Assembly (NCBI GenBank): GCA_964016885.1
Contig: OZ024760.1
Span: 24,118,001-24,182,000 of the forward strand
Direction: 5' to 3'
Source: Eledone cirrhosa
Lineage: Eukaryota
DNA: 64,000 nt
The position numbers were made by a program, and so were the translations under genes. Positions 40,321-53,047 of this stretch are shown one piece after another (within the stretch, counting starts at the first letter, position 1; each line of letters begins with the position of its first letter). Under the pieces are notes generated by a model, which did not search any database, had not been told where the DNA came from, and saw only the letters and a program-made list of their open reading frames with translations.

Positions 40321-41150
40321 TGTCGTGACACCTACACGACCACTTTGTGTCGTGACACCTACATGATCACTTTTTGTCGTGACACCTACACGATCACTTT
40401 TTGTCGTGACACCTACACGACCACTTTTTGTCGTGACACCTACAAGACCACTTTTTGTCGTGACACCTACAAGACCACTTTTTGTCGTGACACCTACAAG
40501 ACCACTTTGTGTCGTGACACCTACAAGACCACTTTGTGTCGTGACACCTACAAGACCACTTTGTGTCGTGACACCTACAAGACCACTTTGTGTCGTGACA
40601 CCTACAAGACCACTTTGTGTCGTGACACCTACAAGACCACTTTGTGTCGTGACACCTACAAGACCACTTTGTGTCGTGACACCTACAAGACCACTTTGTG
40701 TCGTGACACCTACAAGACCACTTTGTGTCGTGACACCTACAAGACCACTTTGTGTCGTGACACCTACAAGACCACTTTGTGTCGTGACACCTACAAGACC
40801 ACTTTGTGTCGTGACACCTACAAGACCACTTTGTGTCGTGACACCTACACGACCACTTTGTGTCGTGACACCTACACGACCACTTTGTGTCGTGACACCT
40901 ACACGACCACTTTGCAGTGTAGACTAGGTGCTTTGTGTCGTGACACCTACACGACCACTTTGCAGTGTAGACTAGGTGCTTTTTGTCGTGACACCTACAC
41001 GACCACTTTGCAGTGTAGACTAGGTGCTTTTTGTCGTGACACCTAGACGACCACTTTGCAGTGTAGACTAGGTGCTTTTTGTCGTGACACCTAGACGACC
41101 ACTTTGCAGTGTGGATGAGGTGCATTTTGTCGTGACACCAGAATGATCAA
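40321..41150. repeat. 27-bp minisatellite (then ~47-bp units) expanded from SINE S3
   Basis: tgtcgtgacacctacaagaccactttg x~22; same motif inside S3 copies at 32580 and 37645. Confidence 0.9.
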
Positions 41151-41307
41151 TGATCACCTTACAGTGTGGACCGGATGCTCTGTCGTGAAAGCAACATGAC
41201 CACTTTACAAGGTAGACTAGGTACTTTTGTGGTGGTACCTACTCAACCACTTTACAGTGTGTGGGGGGCACTTTTTGTCGTGGCATCTTTTTAGTGTGGA
41301 CGAGGTG

Positions 41308-41339
<32 letters not shown>

Positions 41340-41607
41340 GTCATGTCACCAGAACGATCACTGTACAGTGTGCCCTGGGCACTAACATCTTCCAACATAT
41401 ATTTTATATAAAAACAATGTGTTAAATTATCTTAGTAATTAATGAATTTGCAAGGATTTACTAAAATTAATTATTTAATTAATTGAGATAACAGCTGTAC
41501 TGTCTTAGGAATATTGTCACAAAAAAACCAACATTTTGATTTTTTTTTTTTTTTGCCTTTTTTAAAATTTCAATATTTTTTTTTCTATTTTCTGTTTTTC
41601 TTTCTAG

Positions 41608-41738
41608 GTTCTCTCATCAAGACTTTTATGTTTCTTGGTTTCGAAGTGGTGCCACCAGGTAATCCTCTAGTCCCGAACATCGGCGACTTGATCTTCATGG
41701 CATATACCATTCTCAGCGAGGATCTCCTCTCCGACTGA
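41608..41738 (+). CDS. OAZ: Ornithine decarboxylase antizyme last coding exon
   Basis: tttctag|; SSLIKTFMFLGFEVVPPGNPLVPNIGDLIFMAYTILSEDLLSD*; total protein ~183 aa; AATAAA motifs near 41972 and 42190-42215. Confidence 0.97.
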
Positions 41739-42233
41739 TTCTTATATCCCTCCCACCCTTCCCCATTTTAATTAAGGTTCTTTGTCACTCAGGTTGCAAC
41801 AGCCCTTCCCCCTGCCCCCATACGCCTCGTCCTTACCTTTTTTTTTTTCTTTTAATATTCAGCTCCCCACCCATCTCCTCAAAACTCTCCCCTTGCCCCA
41901 CCATCTTGCATCAGGGATACAGTTTTCATTATTCAATTATTAGTATATATTGATAATAATAATAATAATAATAATAAAAATTATTATTTTAAGTGTGAAA
42001 TTTGAAAAATGAATTTAATGGATTTCTTTTTTTATATATATAAAAATATATATATATAATATATATATGTATATATGTATATATATATATATTGGTATAA
42101 TTATTTCCTTTTTATTGAAAAATTTAGTTTGTAGAAATTTAAAATATTAATTTTTTTTGTCTTAGATAAAATGTTTGATTCTGCACAAAATAAATAAAAA
42201 ATAGAAAAAATAAAACCACACATGTATTATGTA

Positions 42234-42280
<47 letters not shown>

Positions 42281-43721
42281 GTGTCTGTGTATATATGATT
42301 TATATATTATGTTTATAGCATATTATATATGTGTATAACATATATGTATATAATGTATATTATATATGTATATAATGTATATTATATATGTATATAATGT
42401 ATATTATATATGTATATATATTTTATATATGTATACATTGTGTATATGTGTATAATATATATATATTATGTGTATATATATATATATATATATATTATAT
42501 ATGTATATAATGTGTGTATATATATGTATTTATATATATATACGTTTGTTTATAATTTGTGTGCATATAATATATATATATATATAGATACATACGTTTG
42601 CTTAGTGTATACACATGCGTTTGCAGCAGTGTTTTACAGCTGAATTCCCTTCCTGGTACCAACTCCTTTTAGCCACCATTTTTTTTATTGTAGCCCTGCA
42701 TGTCGTAAGACCCGACTAAAACGGTTGGCGCCAGGAATGAGGGAATCTGGTTGTAATGTGTTGCCTTAATCAAAGGGAGGCCCACGGTAAGTACCAAGTC
42801 TGCCATGGGCTCCTGCAAGGCTGACCTGCCCTCTGCTGTTTCAACAGCAATGGAAAATGGCCTTAAAACGCTTGTAGTGTGTGTGTGTGTAGGTGTGTAA
42901 ATATATATATACATATATATATATATATCAAAGATATATATTGAGTTAGAAACTCAAAATAGTCTCTTACAATAATATAGCTCTAGGAAAGATTTTTCCA
43001 AGCCGTATATTATAATTGAATATAAAAGAAAAACAAACACAGATATATACATATGTGTGTTCAAATTGTAAGGGACCAGATTCGCTAAGTTACCACAATT
43101 CTGGTTTGTATTTATTTTCTTGATTTATTCTTAAATTGAGTCTGGCAAACCCTATTGTCCATAGTTATTTTTTTCACCTTAGCGAATCTGGTCCCTTGCG
43201 ATTTTGAACACATATATGTATATATGTGTTTGTTTTTCCTTTATTTTCAATTATATATATATCATATACACATCCATACATACACACACACACATACCTG
43301 TATATGTATATACATATACACACATGTATTTATTTTTTTAACTTTTAAACCTAACCATTTAATATATTAAACAGTGGAGATGTTCCAAGCAACCTTATCT
43401 TTCCAAGAATCTTCGCTCCTCCCCCTCTGTCAAAGAAATACAAAACAAACTATTGTATCCATGAGTTATAAAAAATGTTTAAAAAATCACCCCAAAAAAA
43501 AGGAATATATATACTAAAAAATTACAAAAAAATAAAAAAAAACTAACTTAAATTTATAGTTGTTTTTATTTCTTGTCTTTTTTACCCTTTCATGACCATA
43601 TTTCTAATAAAATAATCTCTTTCAATTAGGTAACAGCATTTAAACCTGCCACATCCAGCTACAATTCTCTCACCTCCTTCTGTTAAAACCGGCCAGAATC
43701 GGCTGTTTATACTTATGTTAA

Positions 43722-43939
43722 CCCTCTAGCTTTAACATTATTTTATATTTACTCTTATGTTTTCATGGTAAAGGCTTTTCCTCACATAATTATCTCACAT
43801 AATATAGAATCTACGAGATTTTGATGTTATTTATTTTGAGAACAATACCTTAACGTCAGTATGAGCAACAGTTAGTCAGTTTGAACAGAAATAGGTGAAA
43901 GAATTCTGGCCGGACATGGCTGGCTTAAATGCTAAAGGG
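43722..43939. mobile_element. piggyBac-like MITE nested in an opposite-orientation copy of its own family
   Basis: TTAA duplicated at 43718-43721 and 43940-43943; flanks rejoin to match the 39279 copy. Confidence 0.7.
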
Positions 43940-46404
43940 TTAAGGTACTGTTCTCAAAATAATATCGAATCTACAAGATTTTGATATTTATGAGATAGTG
44001 TTTACTGTGAAAATATAACTAAAGAGTAATGTAAATGCTAAAGGGTTAATGAAGAATTTTGAGGGGTTTACTAAAGTTATCAATTATTTCATTACTAAGA
44101 TAGTAACTTAATGTAAGATTCTTATATAAAATTATATTGTAAGATTTTAATTTGAATTCATCATCATTTAACGTCTCTCTTCCACGCTAGAATGGGTTTA
44201 GACGGGAATTGTCCCACTTGAGGCAAGATTGGTTGTCTTGCTCGACTGGGACTGTCTGGCAGGTTTTCTACGGCTGGATGCCCTTCCTAACACCAACCAC
44301 GTTTACAGTGTGGACTGCGAGGTTTTTACCGTGTTACCTACACGGTCACATTACAGCGTGTACTGTTTTTTTTTTTTTTGGTTGTCGTGACACCTACACA
44401 ACCTCATTTATTTAGGACTGGGTGTTGTGGTACCAACATAACTTTACAGAGAAAGGGGTAGTGTGAGTGAGGGGGAGGGGTATATTTGATTAAGAGGTGC
44501 CTACTGACTAGGTTTTGCTTTGGAAACCCATTTTAAAATGGGTGATTTTATTTCATAGAATCAGAGATGGGTTTTGACTGGGTTTGTACCTAAAGGGTTA
44601 AAATGATTAAGAGGAAATGTCTTGGTCTTACAGGATTTTATTTATTTATTTATTATTATTAACCTGTTCTTTACCATATTTCAACTGAAAGACAGTCTGG
44701 ATATCAAGGTGAAGGCGTGTGGCTTAGTGGTTAGAGTAGTTGGATTCACAATTGTGAAGTTGTGAGTTCAATTCCTGGACCGGGTTGGGCCAAACTGGGC
44801 TAGGCAATGAGTAGTTCTTCTGAGAGAAACTTTATTTCATGTTGGTCTTTCTGCTAGGAATTGCAACTGGTAGATAGTATCAGCAGTTGGAATAACCAAT
44901 GGAAACATTGCTTCCTTGGTCCGATCTTACTAGTTACAGCCCACTGGGTAAGCGAATGAGGTTTGGAATATTGTTGAACGGTTAAAGAAAGAATATATAC
45001 ATACGTGTGTGTGTGTGTGTGTCAGGCACGGCACGGCACGGCACTTGCTTTATATCTGGAGATCTCTCTGCACTTGTTGTCACATGGCACCATGGGCCCC
45101 AGCACTGTGTCAATAATTGTCACAAGTGTAGTGTTTGTACCAGAGTTTTTCAAGTCGCTGGCTGGACTAAAAAGTCACTCGTTCAGCTCCTCGGTAGGGG
45201 TTCTCCTACATGGACATAAAGTAGTGGCCATACTCGAAAACGAGTTGGCAGCCACCATAGGTATATATGAAGGCTGCAAACTCTAAGAGTATTGCAATCG
45301 CTTGTCAGATTACAGAAAATGGTGCACTTTTAGGCTATAGCCAGCTGCACGAACCTGTAACATAACCTGAACAAGCAATGCCTGTGCTTGGAAGGTTTTT
45401 TAAGTTGGGAAAGGCCTTGCACTTGACCAATCCCATTCTCTGAGCATCAAAAACTACCTGAAAAGGAGAACTGGTCAATTGCTTACTAGTTCTATACGGA
45501 CGTTTAATTTGAATATATTTATATTGCTTCAAACAACTCTATTAGTACCTGCTTTAAGACGGCTACAACTTCGATTCATATCCAATAGCCTATATACTAG
45601 CAGAAAACCACCCGAAGGGTGTTTTTTCTGCTAGCGGATGTAATGTGCATATTTGTATATGCAAATATATATGCCTGTAGATATGTCAAATAAAATCGTA
45701 ATTGACAATATCCACAGAAATTGAAGAGACTGTTACACTCTCGTCAACAATCAGTAAAGTAATCCATGATACATTTTAAAGAAGACTTTATTATATAAAT
45801 GGAGGCACATGGCTTAATGGTTAGAGCATTGGCCTTGCAATCGAAAGGTTGTGAGTTCAAGTCTCATACCGGGTGATGTGTTGTTTCCTTGAGCAAGACA
45901 CTTTATTTCACATTGCTCCAGTTTACTGAGCTGTAGAAATGAGATGATAGGGACTGGGGTCCATATTCCACTGCAAAGTGGTCGTGGAGGTGCCATGGCA
46001 AAAAAGCACCCAGCACTCACTGTAAATGAGGTTGGTGTTAGGAAGGGCATCCAGCTGTAGAAATGAAGCCAGAATCGGTTCCCGTCCCACCCTTGCAAGC
46101 AGGGAAAAGCGGACATAAAAAGATGATGATATCATATCTACATTGTATATATTTCTGTATATATATATATATATATATATATTACTGTGTATCACTTTTA
46201 TATATATACATAATAGAACTTTGTATATTTTTGTATAACTATAGGGTGTCGCCCAAAAATGTATACACATTTCAACAGCATTCTAATTAATATTGCCTGT
46301 ACAGGTACTGAGTGTATACATTTTTGAGGACACCCTGTATATATGTGTATTCATATTACATTTGATTACATATATATATATATATATATATGTGTCTATC
46401 TGTA

Positions 46405-46438
<34 letters not shown>

Positions 46439-46539
46439 TATCCAGGGGGTGTAACTAGGAGTTACTGCAGGTTCACCCGGGAGAGCACTCGATGATTAGG
46501 TTCACTTCTGTGATGAGGTGTAGAGCTATACAGAGTGTA

Positions 46540-46792
46540 ATATATAGAAAGGATAAAAAGGACGATTGATTACTCCTTCATTGCATTTATTGATAGGTGA
46601 CGCGCGTTTCGCCACTGATCAGCTCAAGGTTCGATCGGTATCGATCCTTTTAAGAGGATCCGTCGAGCTGCGGATTATTGAGTCGGGTAGGATCGATATA
46701 GATCGAACCTTGAGCTGATCAGTGGCGAAACGCGTCACCTATCAATAAATGCAAGGAAGGAATAATCAATCGTCCTTTTTATCCTTTCTATA
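46540..46792. mobile_element. Penelope-like fold-back element with the GAAACGCGTC half of a hammerhead
   Basis: ~105-bp inverted arms; gtggc-GAAA-cgc-GTC-acct at ~46722-46740; related sequence at 51620-51680. Confidence 0.65.
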
Positions 46793-47156
46793 TATATATA
46801 TGTATAGAGAGATACGCATATATAAATATATACACGGGTGTATATGTAAATAAAAGCAAATAAACAACTTTGCTGACACAATTATTCATCTTCGGTTTTC
46901 ATTCTTTGAGGTAAACCAATGCCATACCATTAAAAACCCCCCTAACAAAATAACATTTAAATAGAATGTGCCACTACCAATAACACACCAGTAGTATCCT
47001 CGGGTATATTGTTTCCTCCAAACAAATAAAGGAGGTTCATTATATCGTTGCACTAGAGAGGTTGTCATGTCTTTGACGCAGCTGAAAGCCAGCAAATACA
47101 GCAACAACTGTTGTAGTAATTTAGGTTAGGGGCACACATGCTTTAGGTACTTAATT

Positions 47157-47188
<32 letters not shown>

Positions 47189-47589
47189 CTTCGGTGTATT
47201 GAAATTTATTCTTTCATAATTGTATAAATAATATTGCAAATAAATTGAGAGATCACTGCTCCGATACTATGGGCATGTGGTTAGAATGTCTCCAGAAAAA
47301 ATTGCCTGGAGAGATTTGTAGCTCGGAGATCAGGGGATCACTTCAGATAGAGCCGCTATGGGCTTATGGTTAGAATGTCTTAGGAAAGAATAGCCGGGCA
47401 GATTTTATGGGCAAAACCAACAAGCAGGAGACCCAGGGGGTAGACTCTGGGCAAGATGGTTGGATAAACATCCATAAGCTTGGCTGGTCACGCTTGGGGA
47501 TCCAACCGGATCAGTTGAAGATGGTTGCTTCTGATAGGATCCACTGGAAGGAATGTTTGAGGACACGACCCTCATCACCAGGTACCTAG

Positions 47590-47838
47590 GTAAGGCGAGG
47601 CTAAGACGTAACAACCAAGCACCCTCACGGGCATCAGCTGACACCTCAGTAAGGCGAGGCTAAGACACTAACAACGAAGCACCCTCACGGGCATCACCAT
47701 ATATCTCAGTAAGGCGAGGCTAAGAGACTAGCAACCAAGCACCCTCACGGGCATCACCATGTATCCCAGTAAGGCGAGGCTAAGACACTAGCAACCAAGC
47801 ACCCTCATGGGCATCACCAGACATCTCAGTAAGGCGAG
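47590..47838. repeat. 60-bp tandem repeat x4
   Basis: gtaaggcgaggctaagacactagcaaccaagcaccctcacgggcatcacc. Confidence 0.9.
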
Positions 47839-47919
47839 CTGCCAATGATGACAAGAACTTCGCTGTCGGCGGCCCCGCTCCACCAAAATTCTCTTAACTC
47901 TTCGTAACTCAACTATAAA

Positions 47920-50178
47920 TATAATAATTGTTTCTACTTTTGGCACAAGGCCAGCAAATACCCAGTATATTACTGGTACTTTATTTTATCGACCCCATAA
48001 GGATGAAAGGCAAAGTTAGCTTTGCATTTCATGCTTACAGGGTCGATAAAATAAAGTACCAGTAATGCACTGGGGTCGATTTAATCGACATTCCCTTCCT
48101 CTTCAAAATACCGGCCTTGTGCCTAAAGTAGAAACAATTATTATACGCACGCACGAGAGTGATGGATTGCCAGTATCGGTCGAGAGTCGGACATCATGCT
48201 TTGCAGCATAGTTACGTCCCTTTACGGTCTGAGTTCAAATCCCGCCGAGGGTAACTTTGCCTTTCATCTTTACGGGGTCGATAAAATAAAGTACCAGTAA
48301 TGCACTGAGATAATTACTGGCCTTGTGCCACCATTGAGTTCGAATCCCGCCGAGGTTAACTTTGCCTTTCATCTTTACGGGGTCGATAAAATAAAGTACC
48401 AGTAATGTACTGAGATAATTACTGGCCTTGTGCCACCATTGAGTTCAAATCCCGCCGAGGTTAACTTTGCCTTTCATCTTTACGGGGTCGTTAAAATAAA
48501 GTACCAGTAATGTACTGTGATAATTGCTGGCCTTGTGCCAAAAAGTAGAAACAATTATTATACGCACGCATAATTTACACGTGATTTTCCAGGGAGATAA
48601 TCCTTAAACTATTTTCAAGATTTACTGTTCTTATTCAGCAAATCTACGCCAAATATTTACCACATTCATTCTCTGTCTATGTTCATCTATTACGCTTGCT
48701 GCATCCCCTCACTATATAGACAGCGTGTTGTTCAGCCGGACAGACAGCGCTCTTATATTATAGATTATTGGATTATTGGCATTACTAGCCGGTCCCGTAG
48801 AAAATGACGGCTAATTGTAATACGTGTGGATTGGCAGTATCGGTAGAAGGTCGGACGCCATGCTTTCCAGCATAGTTACGTCCCTTTACGATCTGAGTTC
48901 AAATCCCGCCGAGGTTGACTTTGCCTTTCATCCTTACGGGGTCGATAAAATAAAGTACCAGTGATGCACTGGTGACTTGCTGACCTGGTGCCTAAAGTAG
49001 AAACAATTATATATATAAAAAGCGTTGGATTGGCAGTATCGATAGAGGGTCGGAAGCCATGCTTTCTAGCATAGTTACGTCCCTTTACGATCTGAGTTCA
49101 AATCCCGCCGAGGTTGACTTTGCCTTTCATCCTTACGGGGTCGATAAAATAAAGTACCAGTAATGCACTGGGTAATTGCTGGCCTGGTGCCTAATGTAGA
49201 AACAATTATATATATAAAAAGCGTTGGATTGGCAGTATCGGTAGAGGGTCGGAAGCCATGCTTTCTAGCATAGTTACGTCCCTTTACGATCTGAGTTCAA
49301 ATCCCGCCGAGGTTGACTTTGCCTTTCATCCTTACGGGGTCGAGAAAATAAAGTACCAGTAATGCACTGAGGTAATTGCTGGCCTTGTGCCTAAAGTAGA
49401 AACAATTATATATATATATAAAAAGGGTACACAACCATGTTTTTAGTAGAATAATTCTAATATTTATTTTTTTTGTGAGTGAAAAATCTATCCACAATTA
49501 ACATAGGTTAGCCCACTCACACACAAATATAAATATGTGTTTACACAAACACACGTATACTCACACACGTGAGATAAACACGCAAACATCAACACAATCA
49601 TGATAGACAGTGTATGTAGCCAATACACACACATACACGTATAGCGAATCTTAGAACGCTGGCCGCTGTTTACTACTGTAGTTTGTCACCACCCCCTTCC
49701 TTCCTCAGTCAACTCCTTTTCAGTGCGTAACCGACATAAATATACATACAATCGTTGGACGCCATGCTTTTCAGCATAGAGTTACGGCCCTTTATAATCT
49801 GAGTTCAAATCCCGCCGAGATTAACTTTGCCTTGCATCCTTACGGGGTCGATAAAATAAAGCACCAGTCACGTACTGGGGTGGGGTCGATTTAATCGACT
49901 ATCTCAGTGGAATATCAAGCAGAATATTTTGCAGTAATTCATCATCATCATCATAATAATAAAGAAATCATTATTATTATTATTATTATTATTATTAGGA
50001 TTGGCAGTATCGGTAGAGTGTCGGATGCCATGCTTTGCAGCAAAGAGTTACGTCCCTTTATGGTCTGAGTTCAAATCCCGCCGAGGTTAACTTTGCCTTT
50101 CATCCTTACTAGGTCGATAAAATAAAGTACCAGTAATGTACTGGGATCATTGCTGGCCTTGTGCCTATGGTAGAAACA

Positions 50179-50217
<39 letters not shown>

Positions 50218-50990
50218 GTTCTTTGAGTCTCAATCATTGATGTTATTTAACTGGAAAGTTTGTTGAAATGAATATCAAGCCACTACCTGCAGCCTCAGAT
50301 ATTCAGGACGTATCGGAGGGTTCTTGCTGTTCCCAGCAAGCATGCCTTTTGAAGTGTTTATTATTATTATTATTATTATTATTATAATTATTATTATTAT
50401 TATCGTGTTGCCACGCCGGCCATTTTAAAGTGTAGGCTGGGTACTTGTTTTGAAGGTAGATCTAGGGGCGTGTGTGATGGGATGGTGACATTTTGTTTAC
50501 CGAGTTCATTTTCAGTTATGGTCATTTTAGACATTTTTATATGTAAAGGGCTCCGTACATAAGACTGGTTGATGCCAGGGAAAGGAATCTGGTTGTAAAA
50601 TACTGCCTCGAAGAGGATCTTATGACGAACAGAAAATCACTTGTGAAGGCCTGCAAAGCTAAGACTTAAGATGTTCGTTGATGGGGTAGTTATTAAGATA
50701 ATTGTTTCTACTCTTGGCACAAGGCCAGCAATTATCCCAGTGCATTACTAGTACTTTATTTTATCGACCCCGTAAGGATGAAAGGCAAAGTTGACCCCGT
50801 CGGGATTTGAATTCTGAGAGCAGACAGCTGGAACGAATACCATAAATCATTCTATCCGACGTTGTAACGACTCTGCCAATTCGCCGAGGTAGTTAAGATA
50901 ATTGTTTCTACTTTTTGCACAAGGCCAGCAATTATTCCAGTGCATTACTGGTACTTTATTTTATTGACCCCGTAAGGATAAAAGGAAAAG
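47920..50990. mobile_element. Cluster of about 12 S1 SINE copies, tandem and inverted
   Basis: ~200-bp units at 48827-49410, ~118-bp units at 48230-48560, minus copies at 47925 and 50700-50990. Confidence 0.85.
50218..50358 (-). mobile_element. Dong/R4-like retrotransposon 3' end in (TAA)n
   Basis: Minus TLQKACLLGTARTLRYVLNI* plus short UTR; (TAA)n on both sides. Confidence 0.8.
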
Positions 50991-51345
50991 TTTACCGAGG
51001 TAGATAAGATGATATTACTAGCGGTTATCTCCCTTGAATGGAATTAAACATAAACGTTATTACCCTGTTTCATTTATTACCTGCTGCATAAAAGTTATGT
51101 CCCATGGAATAATAGCGAAGTTATCTCCCTTGCAGAAGTATAAATTCGTTTCTTTACGCGCTTATTTCCACACACAAACACACACATTAATATATTTGTT
51201 AGGGTGGGTGTGTCGGTGTGCGCATGCGTGTCTTCATCTCTGGAAATGATCGAGTAACATAGCAGTACTCTTAAACAGTTTTACGTATTCTAGCCGCGAG
51301 GCTGTGGCCATGCTGGGGCACCACTAATACATACATACATATATA

Positions 51346-51413
51346 TATTATCTGATGAGAACGCAGATATCATCCCATGATGATATTTGTTTTTGAAATG
51401 CGCATAATAAAAT
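51346..51413 (+). ncRNA. Type I minimal hammerhead ribozyme motif
   Basis: ttat-CTGATGA-gaacgcagatatcatc-ccat-gatgatatttgttttt-GAAA-tgcgca-TA-ataa; palindromic stem III. Confidence 0.8.
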
Positions 51414-51718
51414 ATTTGGAACTCTTTTAACCATCTTTTGATCTTATATTATATATATATATCGCATAGACATCATATATATATACACAGTTTATGAGAA
51501 TCCTGTTGAAGTGTGTATACATTTTTTTGGACACTCTGTATATAATATAAATATATAGAACGATTTGTTATGTCTTCAACTACGTTACGTCACAGTAGAA
51601 GTACGACGAGCTTTTGATTCCAGAGTCGGGCTAGACCGATACAGATAGAACCTTTAGCTGATCAATGGCGAAACGTAATGAAGACTTAAGAAATCGTGCT
51701 TGTATCATACACACACAA

Positions 51719-51773
<55 letters not shown>

Positions 51774-51984
51774 GTATAAATATTTTGTATCTCCAAAGAA
51801 ATACGGTTTTAGGAAGCCGTAGCTATGCAAACACAGGGGGGTTAACGCCCTCTGGTTATGTCCAGCAGAAACCGTATTTCTTTGGAGATACGAAATATTT
51901 ATACATATTGTATAAAGCCATGCTTGAAGCGAAATCCTAGTTCTTTTCTCTTATATATATATAGTCTTCAAATTTATTATTATT

Positions 51985-52086
<102 letters not shown>

Positions 52087-52667
52087 TAACAGATTAAAGT
52101 TTACGAAAGAATCGCTGCTTTCACCCTTAACAGGATCTTCTGAAACTAAAAATGTCAATTTATGAACGCAGAAGCAAATATTTCGAAAAACGTTGCAACC
52201 GAAGGAAGAAGGAAGACAGGAAGACGATACTTTGGTTCGTGGAAACGTTCCCTGGCAAAGAACGGTAAAATCCGTAAAAAAGATAATACGTCATTATTTG
52301 GACCGGTGAGAACAATTACACGCAAAGACAAAACCACGTTTATTGTGTTATTTTAATAAGTATTTGGTCTACGGTTCTTATATATTTGATATATATTTAT
52401 CCTTATCGAGCCCTTTTTGGATTTTAGTCTCCAAAGTTATTATTATTACTATATATATATGTAGTAAGGTTGCTTGTAATACGTAATAAATTTTGTGTTC
52501 CGATGCATCACTGATTCTTCGTTTTCCATATTATATATATATATATATATATGAGGACCGAATGAATTAACTGTGGAGATACAGAAGCGAAAACCAACCA
52601 AACAGTGAGTGTGTTCTGTTATTATTTCTGGCAATATTATTACAACAATATGACCCTCCCCAAGTAT

Positions 52668-52726
<59 letters not shown>

Positions 52727-52730
<4 letters not shown>

Positions 52731-52917
52731 AACCAGTAAGACCCCGACAGCTGAGCTCAAGCCGTTTCGACGGCTAATTCTGGACTGAATTAGCCGTCGA
52801 AACGGCTTGAGCTCAGCTGTCGGGGTCTTACTGGTTCCTATTACCCACTCTACTACCTCAAGTATTGAGTACTTTGGTGCGTTATGGTCCACCTGGTTCC
52901 TTACCACATTTCCTTCG

Positions 52918-52920
<3 letters not shown>
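52727..52920. mobile_element. Fold-back palindrome 52727-52841 (6-nt loop) plus tail, between long (TA)n tracts
   Basis: ...tttcgacggctaattc-tggact-gaattagccgtc-GAAA-cggcttgagctcagct-GTC-gggg. Confidence 0.8.
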
Positions 52921-52990
<70 letters not shown>

Positions 52991-52995
52991 TTCAT

Positions 52996-53047
<52 letters not shown>

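Noticed and set aside
40243-41125. ORFs with CRDTYKTTL / WSCRCHDTK repeats
   Set aside because: Translation of a 27-bp SINE-derived minisatellite within antizyme intron 3
45800-45875. tRNA gene
   Set aside because: A/B boxes run straight into a SINE body; no proper acceptor stem
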